From assembly GCA_002104905.1 (NCBI GenBank), contig MCFE01000018.1:182066-246065 (forward strand): a DNA stretch of 64,000 nucleotides. Reading direction: 5' to 3'. The stretch is from Basidiobolus meristosporus CBS 931.73. Its lineage: Eukaryota; Fungi; Basidiobolomycota. The position numbers were made by a program, and so were the translations under genes. Positions within the stretch are counted from its first letter, which is position 1; each line of letters opens with the position of its first letter. This document shows positions 62,700 through 64,000 of this stretch, in pieces. Under the pieces are notes generated by a model. That model did no database searches, had not been told where the DNA came from, and worked only from the letters and a program-made list of their open reading frames with translations.

Positions 62700-63255
62700 C
62701 AGCGCTACTGTTGTAGCTTTGATACAAGAGTGTGTAGCTGAGGGGAATTTGTAGGTAAATTAACAAGAAGTGATGATAGTTCTTCAGTGCTCAAGACACT
62801 GTTCAGAGGAAAGGGGGGTAGCAAGAGAGGTAAGAATGACTTGTGAACAACATTAATGAGGGGAATGTGATAAGGATTGATATTCATCATAAAGGGAGTG
62901 TGCTGCTGCAGATATTGCTGCCAAAGGTCTGTCAAGTACTTCAGGTAGGCCAGCTTGGGTTTTTCTGATTGCAGTATATAATGAGCAAACCTCTTGACTT
63001 CAGGATCTCCAAGTATAGTTCTCCAGCAGGAGCCAGGTGTAGTGTGGTGTGTTCTCTTCCATGCCTTGATCAGTGGGTTGTTGCAGTGGTGAAGTCTGAG
63101 ATATAATCTGGTTCTAAGGTAGAGAAGTCTGATCTTGTAGGGCATAAACCCAAAAGCACCAAGAATAGCATGCCTGTAGGGGCATTCAGGCAAATGAGGC
63201 ACCAAGGAGGTAATGCACCATACTGCAAACTTGTCAAGTTTAGTGCAGTCTTTAG
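62700..63255 (-). mobile_element. Second copy of the non-LTR ORF2 3' end, 5'-truncated at telomeric repeats
   Basis: Highly similar to 58085-58493 plus 58826-58980; joined to GTTAGGGTTAGGG at ~63256. Confidence 0.9.
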
Positions 63256-63279
63256 AAGTTAGGGTTAGGGTTAGGGTTA

Positions 63280-63750
63280 GGGGGGAGGAAAGTCACCAAG
63301 TGGTGAAATCTTTATTTACTTATGACAAGTATCTAAAGAAGCCAAGTTAATCTTAAGTAATTCCTAGAAAGCTAGGTCTGAGAGATATCTTCCTGGTAAG
63401 CTAGGTCTGAGAGTTGAGAAGCTGTGTGGTACTACATTTCCTAGTTAGCTAGGTCTGAGAGAGGTTTCCTGGAAAGCCAGGCCTGAGAAGTGAGAATCTG
63501 AATATATCTGAGCTAAGGAATACTGGTTTGCGGTAGCTGAATTGTGGCCGGAATGGCCAGTAGACTGGGGGAACTAAGATGAATTTCTGGGCAATCACTG
63601 GCCAAATTTACTAGGCAAATCTGGCCAATCAGCATTTCAAGGATTTCAGCCAATCAGAGCCTTTACTTTGCCCGATGGTTGATCAAGCCATCTCCCAATG
63701 AGCACACACCAATTTATTAATCAAATTTTTGCTGGATCCAGGATTTGAAC
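63280..63750. repeat. ~470-bp telomere-associated repeat, copy 2
   Basis: Matches 61040-61510; lies between internal and terminal telomeric tracts. Confidence 0.92.
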
Positions 63751-63803
63751 CCACAACCATGGGTATGGAAGGGTTAGGGATAACCACAAGGCTAAGTGTT
63801 CTT

Positions 63804-63805
63804 GG

Positions 63806-63846
<41 letters not shown>

Positions 63847-64000
63847 GGTTAGGGTTAGGGTTAGGGTTAGGGTTAGGGTTAGGGTTAGGGTTAGGGTTAG
63901 GGTTAGGGTTAGGGTTAGGGTTAGGGTTAGGGTTAGGGTTAGGGTTAGGGTTAGGGTTAGGGTTAGGGTTAGGGTTAGGGTTAGGGTTAGGGTTAGGGTT
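63804..64000 (+). repeat. Telomeric repeat tract (TTAGGG)n, chromosome end
   Basis: Uninterrupted GGTTAG/TTAGGG hexamer array to the window end; one TTTAGGG variant near 63824. Confidence 0.99.

Noticed and set aside
1-64000. tRNA or rRNA genes
   Set aside because: No cloverleaf or rRNA-like conserved segments were recognised by eye.

Overview
Right-hand chromosome end of a eukaryote, most likely an early-diverging fungus (inferred from TTAGGG telomere, intron-poor genes and fungal-type proteins). The window ends in (TTAGGG)n at 63804-64000. Only three genes look intact: an RNAi-type RNA-dependent RNA polymerase (54268-57740, +) and two adjacent membrane J-domain or J-like genes (32449-35220, -). 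Most of 0.4-14.5, 27-32 and 37-54 kb is a dense array of degenerate RdRP copies, about 20 N-terminal pieces plus core and C-terminal pieces. The copies occur in both orientations, form several long hairpin-type inverted repeats with homogenised arms, and lie in a ~14 kb segmental duplication. No pseudo-copy showed the catalytic DLDGD loop on manual reading. A ~99% identical antisense piece of the intact RdRP sits behind a copia LTR at 37.0-37.5 kb. 15.4-27 kb holds two inverted, internally deleted Ty1/copia elements and solo LTRs. 58-63.8 kb is a head-to-tail stack of telomere-associated non-LTR retroelement pieces sharing a 3' module, with a captured SNF2 helicase fragment. Identities and pseudogene boundaries were judged by eye and are approximate.
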